Source: Copranaerobaculum intestinale
Lineage (GTDB): Bacteria; Bacillota_I; Bacilli_A; Erysipelotrichales; Erysipelotrichaceae
Direction of reading: 5' to 3'
DNA length: 32,000 nucleotides
Assembly: GCF_009831105.1 (NCBI RefSeq)
Contig: NZ_WUUQ01000002.1
Coordinates: forward strand, 240,001 to 272,000
Of this stretch, positions 1 to 8,461 are shown piece after piece. Each line of letters starts with the position of its first letter. The first letter of the stretch is position 1. The notes beneath the pieces were generated by a model. It saw only the letters and a program-made list of their open reading frames with translations. It was not told the DNA's origin and made no database searches. The translations under genes were made by a program, and so were the position numbers.

Positions 1-1149
1 GTGAAGGAAGCAGAGCATACGGTGACAACAGTTTTTATCCTGCTGGTTGGAGTGGGCATTATCATGGCCATCGGCGGATTACTTTTTTTAGATCCGATCC
101 TGAAGCTGTTCGGTGCTACTTCAAACGTGATGGGATACGCGCGAGACTATACCTCCGTGATCCTGATCGGTGTGCCGTTTAATTTGATTGGTATCGGTAT
201 GTCCAATATGGCCAGGACCGACGGCAGTCCTAAGCTTGCGATGTACAGTGTGCTGGCCGGATGCATTCTGAATACGATCCTGGATCCGGTTTATATCTTT
301 GTCTTCCACTGGGGCGTGTTTGGGGCAGCCGTTGCGACGATTACCTCACAGATTATTTCCGCAGTGATCTTGACGCATTATTTTTTCCGTAAATCAAATA
401 TGCGGATTCGTATCAATGCATTACATATTCATTTCAATATCGCCCGCAAGGCAGTTATTCTTGGAGTATCCAGCTGTATTACGCAGCTGGCCGCAACAAT
501 ACTGCAGATCGTCATGAACAATTCTCTGGTTTACTATGGTGATCAGACAACGGTTGGCGGTGATGTAGCGCTGAGCGCGATGGGCATCGTTATGAAAGTC
601 AGTATGATTCTTACCTCGATCTGTATTGGTATCGGAATCGGATCCCAGCCGATCCTGGGCTTCAATCGAGGTGCCAATAATCCGCATCGCATCAAGGAAA
701 CATATATCAAGGCAGTGACAATGGCTACCATTGTTGCGACGATCGGCTGGCTGCTGTGTATGCTGATTCCGGATGTATTATTATCGATCTTCGGTTCTAA
801 TGATGCTAATTTCTTTGCGTTTGCGCAGAAATGTATGCGGCTGTTTATGCTGGGAGTATTCTTTGCGGGATTCCAAATTGTTTCGACCAATTATTTTCAG
901 GCAACCGGTCAGCCGGCAAAGGCTTCGATCTTATCCATGATGCGGCAGCTGATCCTGTTAATTCCGCTGATTCTGATCCTGCCGACGAAATTTGGATTGG
1001 ATGGTGTTTTATATGCCGGTCCGATTGCGGATATCAGTTCCGGGTTGATTGTATTGGCGTTTATCATTCATGAAATGAAACGGTTGAATCGCTGGATCAA
1101 AGAGAATGACGACAAGGAAGAGGGTCAGCGTGAAACTCAGCCTGCTTAA
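1..1149 (+). CDS. MATE family efflux transporter (5' end cut by window edge)
   Basis: The frame is open from base 1. The product is a polytopic hydrophobic protein with MATE-like segments (ARTDGSPKLAM, GVFGAAVAT, QPILGFNRGA, GQPAKAS) and is followed by an intrinsic terminator. Confidence 0.85.
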   Translation: MKEAEHTVTTVFILLVGVGIIMAIGGLLFLDPILKLFGATSNVMGYARDYTSVILIGVPFNLIGIGMSNMARTDGSPKLAMYSVLAGCILNTILDPVYIFVFHWGVFGAAVATITSQIISAVILTHYFFRKSNMRIRINALHIHFNIARKAVILGVSSCITQLAATILQIVMNNSLVYYGDQTTVGGDVALSAMGIVMKVSMILTSICIGIGIGSQPILGFNRGANNPHRIKETYIKAVTMATIVATIGWLLCMLIPDVLLSIFGSNDANFFAFAQKCMRLFMLGVFFAGFQIVSTNYFQATGQPAKASILSMMRQLILLIPLILILPTKFGLDGVLYAGPIADISSGLIVLAFIIHEMKRLNRWIKENDDKEEGQRETQPA

Positions 1150-1179
1150 ATCTTGCTGATCATTGTCAAAAAAAGTATT

Positions 1180-1203
1180 GCACGGGAAAACCGTGCTTTT
1201 TTT
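1180..1203 (+). terminator. Rho-independent terminator after the MATE gene
   Basis: GCACGG-GAAAA-CCGTGC hairpin followed by a T7 run. Confidence 0.8.
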
Positions 1204-1274
1204 ATCCTTCAGGCATACCGGTTTCCAATTGGGCAAAAATGAATATAATAGAGTATGAAAATGCGAGGGATCTT

Positions 1275-2180
1275 ATGAACATACAGAAATACATCGATGT
1301 GCTGTCACATCTTCAAATAGCATGGAAGCAAAATGAGCGAATTGCGGCATATACCAGCTTAAAGATCGGCGGACCGGCAGCCCTGGTCGTGAAACCAAGC
1401 AATGATGAACAGCTGCATTTGGCATTTCAGGAGGCAAAGCGCCTTCAGCTGCCGGTATGCATGATCGGAAACGGGTCTAATATACTGGCGGATGATTGCG
1501 GCTATGATGGGGTGCTGATCGTAACGCCGCCTTTTTTTCATAGCATTGAACGCAGGGAAGGCAACGTTATTTATGCCCAGGCGGGAGCCAGTCTGAGGGA
1601 TGTTTGTTTATTTGCGCGGGATGAATCCTTAGGCGGCATGGAATTTGCATATGGAATTCCGGCAACGGTTGGCGGAGCCGTCTATATGAATGCGGGAGCT
1701 TACGGTGGTGAAATAAAGGACATTCTGTTATCCTGCCGCTTTCTGGATGAGCATGGAGAATGGCATGTAAAACATGTATCTGATCTGCAGTTCAGCTATC
1801 GTCAAAGTCTGTTTACCGACCGCGAGGTTTGTGTGGCGGATGCATTATTTCAGCTGTATCCGGATGACAAAAAGAAAATTGCTGCGAAAATGGAGGAACT
1901 GATGGAAAAACGGCGGCAGAAGCAGCCGTTAGAATATGCCAGTGCCGGAAGTACCTTTAAGCGGCCGCAGGGGAATTATGCTTCAGCATTAATAGAACAG
2001 TGCGGTTTAAAAGGATACCGTATTGGAGATGCGATGGTTTCAGATAAGCATGCCGGGTTTTTGATCAATATGAATCAGGCAACCAGTCATGACTTTAAGC
2101 AGCTGATTCATTATGTTCAGGAAGAAGTGTATCAACAGACTGGCTACCATTTGGAATGTGAAGTAAAAATGATTCCCTGA
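1275..2180 (+). CDS. murB: UDP-N-acetylenolpyruvoylglucosamine reductase
   Basis: Contains YTSLKIGGPA, the FAD-binding region GNGSN, and the C-terminal SAGSTFKRP and GGA..S.KHAGF motifs typical of type II MurB. The ATG at 1275 has a GAGGGA RBS 5 nt upstream and gives the usual N-terminal length. The track start at 1239 is an alternative. Confidence 0.93.
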   Translation: MNIQKYIDVLSHLQIAWKQNERIAAYTSLKIGGPAALVVKPSNDEQLHLAFQEAKRLQLPVCMIGNGSNILADDCGYDGVLIVTPPFFHSIERREGNVIYAQAGASLRDVCLFARDESLGGMEFAYGIPATVGGAVYMNAGAYGGEIKDILLSCRFLDEHGEWHVKHVSDLQFSYRQSLFTDREVCVADALFQLYPDDKKKIAAKMEELMEKRRQKQPLEYASAGSTFKRPQGNYASALIEQCGLKGYRIGDAMVSDKHAGFLINMNQATSHDFKQLIHYVQEEVYQQTGYHLECEVKMIP

Positions 2181-2199
2181 TGTGAATCTACAGAAAAAG

Positions 2200-2225
2200 G
2201 CAGATTGTATGATCTGCTTTTTTTT
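2200..2225 (+). terminator. Rho-independent terminator after murB
   Basis: GCAGAT-loop-ATCTGC hairpin followed by a T8 run. Confidence 0.75.
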
Positions 2226-2227
2226 GA

Positions 2228-2257
2228 TATTTAATTAAATAAATATCTAATTAAATA
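2228..2257 (+). promoter_or_regulatory. Two 14-nt AT-rich palindromic boxes, TAT(T/C)TAATTAAATA, abutting the -35 (candidate operator or UP element)
   Basis: 2228-2241 is a perfect palindrome (TATTTAA|TTAAATA). 2244-2257 repeats it with one mismatch and ends exactly at the -35 hexamer. Confidence 0.4.
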
Positions 2258-2285
2258 TTGACATCTGTATTTATAAATATATAAT
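2258..2285 (+). promoter_or_regulatory. Sigma-A type promoter for the aminopeptidase operon
   Basis: TTGACA (2258-2263), a 16-nt spacer, then TATAAT (2280-2285). It lies 35 nt upstream of the AGGAGG RBS and ATG at 2320. Confidence 0.6.
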
Positions 2286-2319
2286 TATTTTAACGTACTT
2301 ATGTACAGGAGGATTATAT

Positions 2320-3330
2320 ATGGATAAGCAAACGATTGTGGACATCGTAAAGGCAAGCGGTGTTAAGGAAGGCGAAATGGTATTCATTCATTATTGGGGA
2401 GAAAATGAAAACAAGGAGCTTGCAGATCAGTTTATGTGTGCAGTTACTGCCCTGCATGCGACCCCGGTTTTGTTACAGCAGTCACGGAAATTAAATCGAG
2501 AACTGTTTTTAAATGTTGATGAGCATTGTTTTGACGATCGTTATTTTGACATGCTTTCACATTTTGATGCCGTTATCGATATTTTTACCTATCGTCCGGT
2601 GGTACTGAATGCGGATATCGGTGACTCACAAATGAAGCTTTATCGCCGCTACATGTCTCAGCTTTTTCCGGCTTTCATGAAAAGCAAGCGAGTGACACAG
2701 ATTCGGATACCTACTCTTGAAAATGCCCAGGAATCCGGCCTGGAGCCGAACGATTTTATGCAGCGAATGGAACTGGCGTATGCAATTTCTTACGATGATT
2801 TAAAAATTGCATGTCAAAATCAGATCGATCAGTTAGCAAAGCAGTCACATCTGACCTTATGCACCGGTGACCACGCTAAACTGCATTTTACGTTGACCGG
2901 ACGCCAATGGATAACGGATGCCGGCGATGGTGATATGCCCTGCGGTGAGGTCTTTATTGCGCCGCTTGAGGATCAAACATACGGAACGGTCTATTATGAC
3001 GACTTGTTTATAGAAGATCTCGGTCATTTTACACAGGTTACCATAGAAGTAGAAAAGGGATGTTTTATGGGTGCTGATCAGACAGAGGTAAATCAGTTTA
3101 TAAATCGTTTGGATCCGGCTGACCGAGTTGTCTGTGAACTGGGCTTGGGAATGAATCCTAATATCACATCATTGTGCGGATATACCGTACTTGATGAGAA
3201 GATGGCGGATACCTTCCATATTGCGATCGGTATGAATGACATGTTTGGCGGTCAAAATCATGCCTCTGTGCACATTGATCTGGTGGGCCGCGGCAGCTTA
3301 ATAAATGAAAATGGTGATTGCATATGGTAA
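2320..3330 (+). CDS. M29 family (AmpS/PepS-like thermophilic metalloprotease) aminopeptidase
   Basis: Contains MPCGEVFIAPLE, ELGLGMNP, LDEKMADTFHIAIG and NHASVHIDLV, which match the conserved metal- and substrate-binding blocks of peptidase M29. A strong RBS (ACAGGAGG) precedes the start. Confidence 0.85.
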   Translation: MDKQTIVDIVKASGVKEGEMVFIHYWGENENKELADQFMCAVTALHATPVLLQQSRKLNRELFLNVDEHCFDDRYFDMLSHFDAVIDIFTYRPVVLNADIGDSQMKLYRRYMSQLFPAFMKSKRVTQIRIPTLENAQESGLEPNDFMQRMELAYAISYDDLKIACQNQIDQLAKQSHLTLCTGDHAKLHFTLTGRQWITDAGDGDMPCGEVFIAPLEDQTYGTVYYDDLFIEDLGHFTQVTIEVEKGCFMGADQTEVNQFINRLDPADRVVCELGLGMNPNITSLCGYTVLDEKMADTFHIAIGMNDMFGGQNHASVHIDLVGRGSLINENGDCIW

Positions 3331-3689
3331 AAGCAGAAGCATCGATCATAAACTATTTTATCAAACAGATAGAGGAGAAGAAAAAACAGAGTACATTATG
3401 TTATGAGGATGGCAGAGCAGATGAAGCCAACCTTGAAAAAATCGCAGGCAGTGTCTTGACCTTATTTCAAACTGTTTATGAAGCTTCGTTGAAGCAGGAT
3501 GACCGCATGTCCCAGCAGACATTTATGTTAGATCAGCTTCAGCAAATACCCAATCATTGGCGCCAATCATACCAGATCGCAAAGCAGCACGATGATGCGG
3601 TAAAGATGTTATACGAATCCATAAAAATCGAAACCGCGAAACAGATACGGGAAACATTTATACGGTATTGGGGTGAACATGATGAATGA
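3324..3689 (+). CDS. Hypothetical helical protein, translationally coupled to the aminopeptidase
   Basis: The ATG at 3324 overlaps the upstream stop (3328-3330) and has a GGTGA RBS 6 nt upstream. The track gives a TTG at 3318. I recognise no family. Confidence 0.55.
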   Translation: MVKAEASIINYFIKQIEEKKKQSTLCYEDGRADEANLEKIAGSVLTLFQTVYEASLKQDDRMSQQTFMLDQLQQIPNHWRQSYQIAKQHDDAVKMLYESIKIETAKQIRETFIRYWGEHDE

Positions 3690-4251
3690 ACGAGAAACCG
3701 TACAGCTGTTTAAATGTCTTGCGGATAAGACAAGACTGCAGATTTTACGATCACTTGCGAATGAAGACATGGATGTGGAGCGTTTGGCACAGCGGTTAAA
3801 TGTAACTCCGCCGACGATTTCATTTCATTTGAAAAAGCTTGCGGATGCGGGAGCGGTGTCCTCTTATAAAGAACAGTACTATACTTTTTATTCTCTTCAT
3901 CGGGAAATCTTTATGAAAAATATTTTAGATTTTATTCAGATACAATCGGATGAAGCAGATTTGCAGGCACAGCGAGATCATGATTATCGGGAAAAAATCA
4001 TTGCTTCCTTTTTTGAATATGGCAAGCTGAAAAGTCTTCCGACCCAGCGAAAGAAAAAACGGATCGTTTTGGAGGAAATCGTAAAAAGCTTTAAAGTAAA
4101 TCAAATTTATACAGAACGTGAAGTCAATATCATGCTTGCGGATTACCATGATGATTTTTGTACACTGCGCCGCGATATGGTTGAAGCAGGGCTGTTGAAG
4201 CGTGATCAGGAAGGGTATCAAAGACCGTGTAAATATGAAAAGGAGAACTGA
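3679..4251 (+). CDS. ArsR-family HTH regulator with C-terminal DUF2087 domain
   Basis: The N-terminus LFKCLADKTRLQILRSL...ERLAQRLNVTPPTISFHLKKLADAGAV is a classic ArsR winged HTH. The C-terminus YTEREVNIMLADYHDDFCTLRRDMVEAGLLKRD matches the DUF2087 signature. The start overlaps the upstream stop; ATG 3679 or 3682 are both possible, and the track gives GTG 3673. Confidence 0.85.
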   Translation: MMNERETVQLFKCLADKTRLQILRSLANEDMDVERLAQRLNVTPPTISFHLKKLADAGAVSSYKEQYYTFYSLHREIFMKNILDFIQIQSDEADLQAQRDHDYREKIIASFFEYGKLKSLPTQRKKKRIVLEEIVKSFKVNQIYTEREVNIMLADYHDDFCTLRRDMVEAGLLKRDQEGYQRPCKYEKEN

Positions 4252-4715
4252 TGATGTTTGTATGTATTATGGGAGACAGCTGTACCGGGAAGTCCACGCT
4301 GGCAAAGACGCTCGCAAAACGGATCGATGCCGAGGTAATGACCGGTAAAGATTATTTGCGGCTTGCGAAGGATGAGCGAAGTGCTGAAGCAGTTTTTAAA
4401 AAGAAAGCGGAATCGGCATCTCAGAGTAATCAGCATCTTTTTTATGTGATTACGGAGAAAACGCAGCTATCGCTTGTACCTGATCAAGCGCTGCGAATTT
4501 TGGTAACGGCGAGTTTGGAAACGATAAAAGACCGATTTGCGAAGCGAATGGGAGGAAACCTTCCTAAACCGGTGGAGCAGATGCTGGAACGCAAATACGG
4601 CATGTTTGAAAGAGAACAGTATGACTGCAGAGTAAATACGGATCAGGATGATTTTGAAACAGCCATGTCAGATATTCTCGAACAATTGCAGCGAATAGAA
4701 AAAAATCAGACTTAG
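4251..4715 (+). CDS. Small P-loop NTPase (cytidylate-kinase-like/AAA family)
   Basis: Walker A motif GDSCTGKST lies at the N-terminus of a 154-aa protein. The start overlaps the upstream stop (TGATG). Confidence 0.65.
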   Translation: MMFVCIMGDSCTGKSTLAKTLAKRIDAEVMTGKDYLRLAKDERSAEAVFKKKAESASQSNQHLFYVITEKTQLSLVPDQALRILVTASLETIKDRFAKRMGGNLPKPVEQMLERKYGMFEREQYDCRVNTDQDDFETAMSDILEQLQRIEKNQT

Positions 4716-4728
4716 GTCTGATTTTTTT
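4701..4728. terminator. Bidirectional terminator between convergent genes
   Basis: AAAAATCAGAC-TTAG-GTCTGATTTTT is a perfect hairpin with an A-run and a T-run on either side. It overlaps the stop codon of the + strand gene. Confidence 0.8.
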
Positions 4729-4789
4729 GGATTGAATTGTATCTTTAAAAGTTTCTGCTTGATGATTCATTTAGCATTTATTTTATGTT

Positions 4790-6871
4790 TTATGGTTCTG
4801 CATTATGTTCGTGCAGGTAAGCTTGCAGATCGGTGAAGGAAAGAGCCTTGCTGTAAAGCCAGCCCTGATAGATATGGCATCCCATATCTGCTAGCTGCTG
4901 CTGTTGACTTTGATCCTCTACATATTCTGCGACTACATCGAAGTGCAATGATTGTGAAAGCTGCATGATCGATTCAATGATCTTAGCAGAGCGCTTGCTG
5001 TCACGAAGCTGTTTAATCAAGGAGCCATCCAGCTTGACACAGTCAAACTGATTATTCAGTAAGTACATCATGGAACTATGTCCCATGCCGAAATCATCCA
5101 TAATAATCCGTACGCCGAGTTTGCGAAGTCTCATGATCTGCGCGATATTTTTCTGCGTGATTTCCATAGCTGCTTGTTCGGTCAATTCCAAGCCGATCAT
5201 CGAGCTGTTGATTCCGGTCTGGTCGATTTCTTGCTGTATTTTTGATATCAGCTTAGGGTTAACCAATTGTTCTGCCGTTAAATTCAAAGAAAGTATGAAA
5301 TGCTGATAACCCTGATCCTGGAGAATTTTTAAATCGCAAAATACCTGATGGATCAATAGATCCCGCAGCAGCTCCAGATACCCGTTTTCTTTTAGCAGGG
5401 CGATGACCAGCGGCGGATACAAATAACCGATGGATTCCACAAAGCATCGAAGCAATGCTTCTGCACCTAATGCTTTTCCCTTCTGGTTAACCTGAGGCTG
5501 ATAATGAATGTTGATTTCTCCTTTATGCAGTTGATGTACGATTTCACCTAACAGAAAACGCGCCATTTCACCGGCTTCTCCTTCCAGCTGCATAAGCTTC
5601 GGTGAAGTGCCGTCTTCTTCATGCAGAATTACCAATTCTTCTAATTTTTTAACCTGCATTTTCTTAGTTTGATTGATCCTTCGCATATTGAAGCGTACAA
5701 ACGGCAGATAAATGAGCATACCGACGATTAGATTGACAAGCTGTAAAATGCTTCCGGAAATTGAGCCGGTCGCCGCATATCCGCTGATAAAAATCGGTGA
5801 AGTCCATTCCACTCCATGAATCGGAATGGGGACAATATGGAAAAACATTGCTCCATAGCTAATGACGGTTAAAACGATAGGGGTCAGAATAAACGGAACC
5901 AAATAAACAGGATTTAAGACGATTGGAATACCGAAAATCAGCAATTCATTCATATTAAAGACAGCCGGCAAGGTTGAAAAACCGACAAACCGTTTGAATA
6001 CCTTGCGTTTATCCGCAATCATGATCGCGGCAATCAAACACAGTAAGGCACCGCATCCGCCGAATAATACAAAGGTATCGAGAAAGGTCTTGGACATGAT
6101 CTGTCCTGATTGCAGGGCAAAATAATTTCTTGCCACATTATCAAGAACATTCCCCCCATGAATACCGAAGAACCACATGAGATGAAGCAGAAAGATAAAG
6201 ATCACACCGCTGAACAACGTAGTTCCCAAGGCAGTGAAGATAGTAAGCATAGCATCACTGATCAGTGACTGCAAATCATTGATGCCAAACGCGCTCATCA
6301 GCAGATGCAGAAAACTGAACAATAAGAGTATGACCGCTATGGGGATAATGGCATACATGGCATGGAAGAAGGTACTTTCATTCGCTGATTGATGCTTGAA
6401 AACTTTTTGCATCCACAAATTTAAAGTATGATACAGCATGGATGATACACATACAACCAATAATGCGTTAAACAACATCGTACTTTGGAACAATGTAAAG
6501 TCAAAGCTTTTGGCAGCGTTCCAACAAAAAATCAGGTAGGCACTTAGATTGACAAACACAAGCATGCCGCCTGTATTGAGTTTTAAATATTTCTCAAAAC
6601 TGATACTGATGGTAATGAGCAGAATCAGCGTGATAACATCTAAGGTACAGCCATGTATGATCGTCAACAGCTCGAGATAAGGCTTCCAGCCGGCAGAATG
6701 TAACAGAGTCTGGTATCCGGGAATCGGCAGACTTAAAAGCAGCAGTGCCGTCGATCCGCATAAGATAGCCGGAATGGCCAAGGCAACACCGTTTTGGATT
6801 GCCCGAATGATTACATTTTGTTCGATCTTTTGAAATGTTTTGCGCAGAAAAACGGTCATTGTCTCATTCAC
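4790..6871 (-). CDS. PTS EIIC (lactose/cellobiose family) membrane domain fused to a C-terminal EAL c-di-GMP phosphodiesterase domain
   Basis: Residues ~1-395 are polytopic and carry the EIIC signature NELLIFGIPIVLNPVYLVPFILTPIV. Residues ~445-690 carry EALLR (471-475), ELTE, DDFGMGHSS, KLDGSLI, AEYVE and QGWLYSKA, which is the full EAL catalytic set. Confidence 0.85.
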   Translation of the reverse strand: MNETMTVFLRKTFQKIEQNVIIRAIQNGVALAIPAILCGSTALLLLSLPIPGYQTLLHSAGWKPYLELLTIIHGCTLDVITLILLITISISFEKYLKLNTGGMLVFVNLSAYLIFCWNAAKSFDFTLFQSTMLFNALLVVCVSSMLYHTLNLWMQKVFKHQSANESTFFHAMYAIIPIAVILLLFSFLHLLMSAFGINDLQSLISDAMLTIFTALGTTLFSGVIFIFLLHLMWFFGIHGGNVLDNVARNYFALQSGQIMSKTFLDTFVLFGGCGALLCLIAAIMIADKRKVFKRFVGFSTLPAVFNMNELLIFGIPIVLNPVYLVPFILTPIVLTVISYGAMFFHIVPIPIHGVEWTSPIFISGYAATGSISGSILQLVNLIVGMLIYLPFVRFNMRRINQTKKMQVKKLEELVILHEEDGTSPKLMQLEGEAGEMARFLLGEIVHQLHKGEINIHYQPQVNQKGKALGAEALLRCFVESIGYLYPPLVIALLKENGYLELLRDLLIHQVFCDLKILQDQGYQHFILSLNLTAEQLVNPKLISKIQQEIDQTGINSSMIGLELTEQAAMEITQKNIAQIMRLRKLGVRIIMDDFGMGHSSMMYLLNNQFDCVKLDGSLIKQLRDSKRSAKIIESIMQLSQSLHFDVVAEYVEDQSQQQQLADMGCHIYQGWLYSKALSFTDLQAYLHEHNAEP

Positions 6872-7006
6872 CCCTCATGTATTTATTATATACGATTCAC
6901 GGTCCTTGAAAAAGGATAAATTAACTGATTTTTCATAAGGTGATGTCGTATCGTTTCAGTCATGAAAGTGTTATAATAACATTGTTGAATAAAAGGAGGA
7001 GTTCTT

Positions 7007-8116
7007 ATGACATGGCAGGAGATGCTTACTCACAATGCTACGAAAGCAGAAGATGTAAAAGAGCTTCTTCATCTGAGTGATGAAGAGGTAGAAAAATTAG
7101 ACAGGATACTGGAACATTTTCCAATGTCAGTCTCTCAGTATTATTTATCCTTAATTGATCCAAGTGATCCGGATGATCCAATCCGTAAATTATGTATTCC
7201 TTCGTTATCGGAAACCGACCTGAGCGGTGTGTTTGACACCAGCGGTGAAGCCAGCAATACCAAAATGCCGGGACTTCAGCACAAATATCAGCAGACGGCG
7301 CTGATTTTATCAACCAATCAGTGTGCAAGTTACTGCCGCCATTGTTTCCGTAAGCGCTTAGTAGGCTTGAGCGATCAGGAAATTATGAAAACATTTGATG
7401 TTATGGCGGATTATGTAAGAGATCATGAAGAAATTACCAATGTTTTGATTTCCGGCGGTGATTCTTTTATGAACAGCAATGAGACGATTGAACGCTATCT
7501 GAAAGCTTTTTCCGCAATCGATCATCTCGATTTAATTCGTTTCGGTACGCGTACTCCGGTATTTCTGCCGCAGCGTATTAGCGAAGATCCAGAGCTGCTG
7601 AGCTTGCTGGAAAAATATAATAAAATCAAACAAATTTACGTAGTAACGCATTTCAACCATGTGCGTGAATTGACACCGGAAGCAATTAAGGCCGTACAGA
7701 TGCTGATACATATCGGTATTCCGGTCAAAAATCAGACGGTTTTGTTAAAGGGCATCAATGATGATCAAAACGTATTGGCCGCTCTGTTAAAGGGACTTAC
7801 CAAAGTCGGTATCATTCCTTATTACATCTTCCAGTGCCGTCCGGTAACCGGGGTTAAGGTACAGTTCCAGGTTCCGATTGCCGAGGCTTATGAGATTATC
7901 GAAGGTGCTAAGAATCTGCAAAATGGACAGGGCAAATGCTTCAAATACTGCATGTCTCACGAAACCGGCAAGATTGAAATTCTCGGCAAGCTTCCTGACG
8001 GCAATATGCTGATGAAATACAATCAGGCAAAATACAAAGAGGATGAAAGCAGAATCTTCACGGTTGCATTACGAGAAGGTCAGGCATGGCTTGAGGATGA
8101 GGATGTAAAGCGATAA
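7007..8116 (+). CDS. KamA-family (lysine 2,3-aminomutase-like) radical SAM protein, short form
   Basis: Contains the CxxxCxxC cluster CASYCRHC (7322-7345), plus LISGGD and the typical KamA N-terminal region (IPSLSE...LQHKY...ALIL.TNQC). It is 369 aa and has a strong RBS (AAAGGAGGAG). Confidence 0.85.
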   Translation: MTWQEMLTHNATKAEDVKELLHLSDEEVEKLDRILEHFPMSVSQYYLSLIDPSDPDDPIRKLCIPSLSETDLSGVFDTSGEASNTKMPGLQHKYQQTALILSTNQCASYCRHCFRKRLVGLSDQEIMKTFDVMADYVRDHEEITNVLISGGDSFMNSNETIERYLKAFSAIDHLDLIRFGTRTPVFLPQRISEDPELLSLLEKYNKIKQIYVVTHFNHVRELTPEAIKAVQMLIHIGIPVKNQTVLLKGINDDQNVLAALLKGLTKVGIIPYYIFQCRPVTGVKVQFQVPIAEAYEIIEGAKNLQNGQGKCFKYCMSHETGKIEILGKLPDGNMLMKYNQAKYKEDESRIFTVALREGQAWLEDEDVKR

Positions 8117-8144
8117 GCGGACTGATATCCAGTCTGCTTTTTTT
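8117..8144 (+). terminator. Rho-independent terminator after the KamA-family gene
   Basis: GCGGACTG-ATATC-CAGTCTGC hairpin (one G-U pair) followed by a T7 run. Confidence 0.75.
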
Positions 8145-8461
8145 ATGCCTTTGTTTATAAAAGCTTTTCTATACAGGTAATTTCTGTAAAATAACATCGC
8201 ATGCATAAACCAAGATCACAGACAGTTATTGATAAGTGTGTATAGTGTATACCGTATGATCATAGAGAAATAGATGCTTTCAGCAAGCCTGATTGATTCT
8301 GTCTATGATATTAAGCCGCTTCTCGCATATCGTTTTTTCAGTTGTTGTTTTTTTGTATAGGCAACTGCATACAGGGTTATTATCACAAAGCATTAGGGGA
8401 TGTGTATGATAATAGTAGGGATGATGGACAGACCAAAATCCCAGATTATAGGGGGATGATT

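Noticed and set aside
8400-8425. A possible Fur box upstream of feoB (TGATAATAGTAGGGATGA).
   Set aside because: Only one TGATAAT half-site matches. The other half of the 7-1-7 palindrome is absent, and the sequence overlaps the RBS region by chance composition.
8342-8461. The 40-codon N-terminal extension of feoB in the track (MLFFCIGNCIQ...).
   Set aside because: It starts on TTG with no RBS. The G-domain begins right after the ATG at 8456 or 8462, which is preceded by GGGGG, and FeoB proteins normally start a few residues before the GxxxxGKS/T loop.
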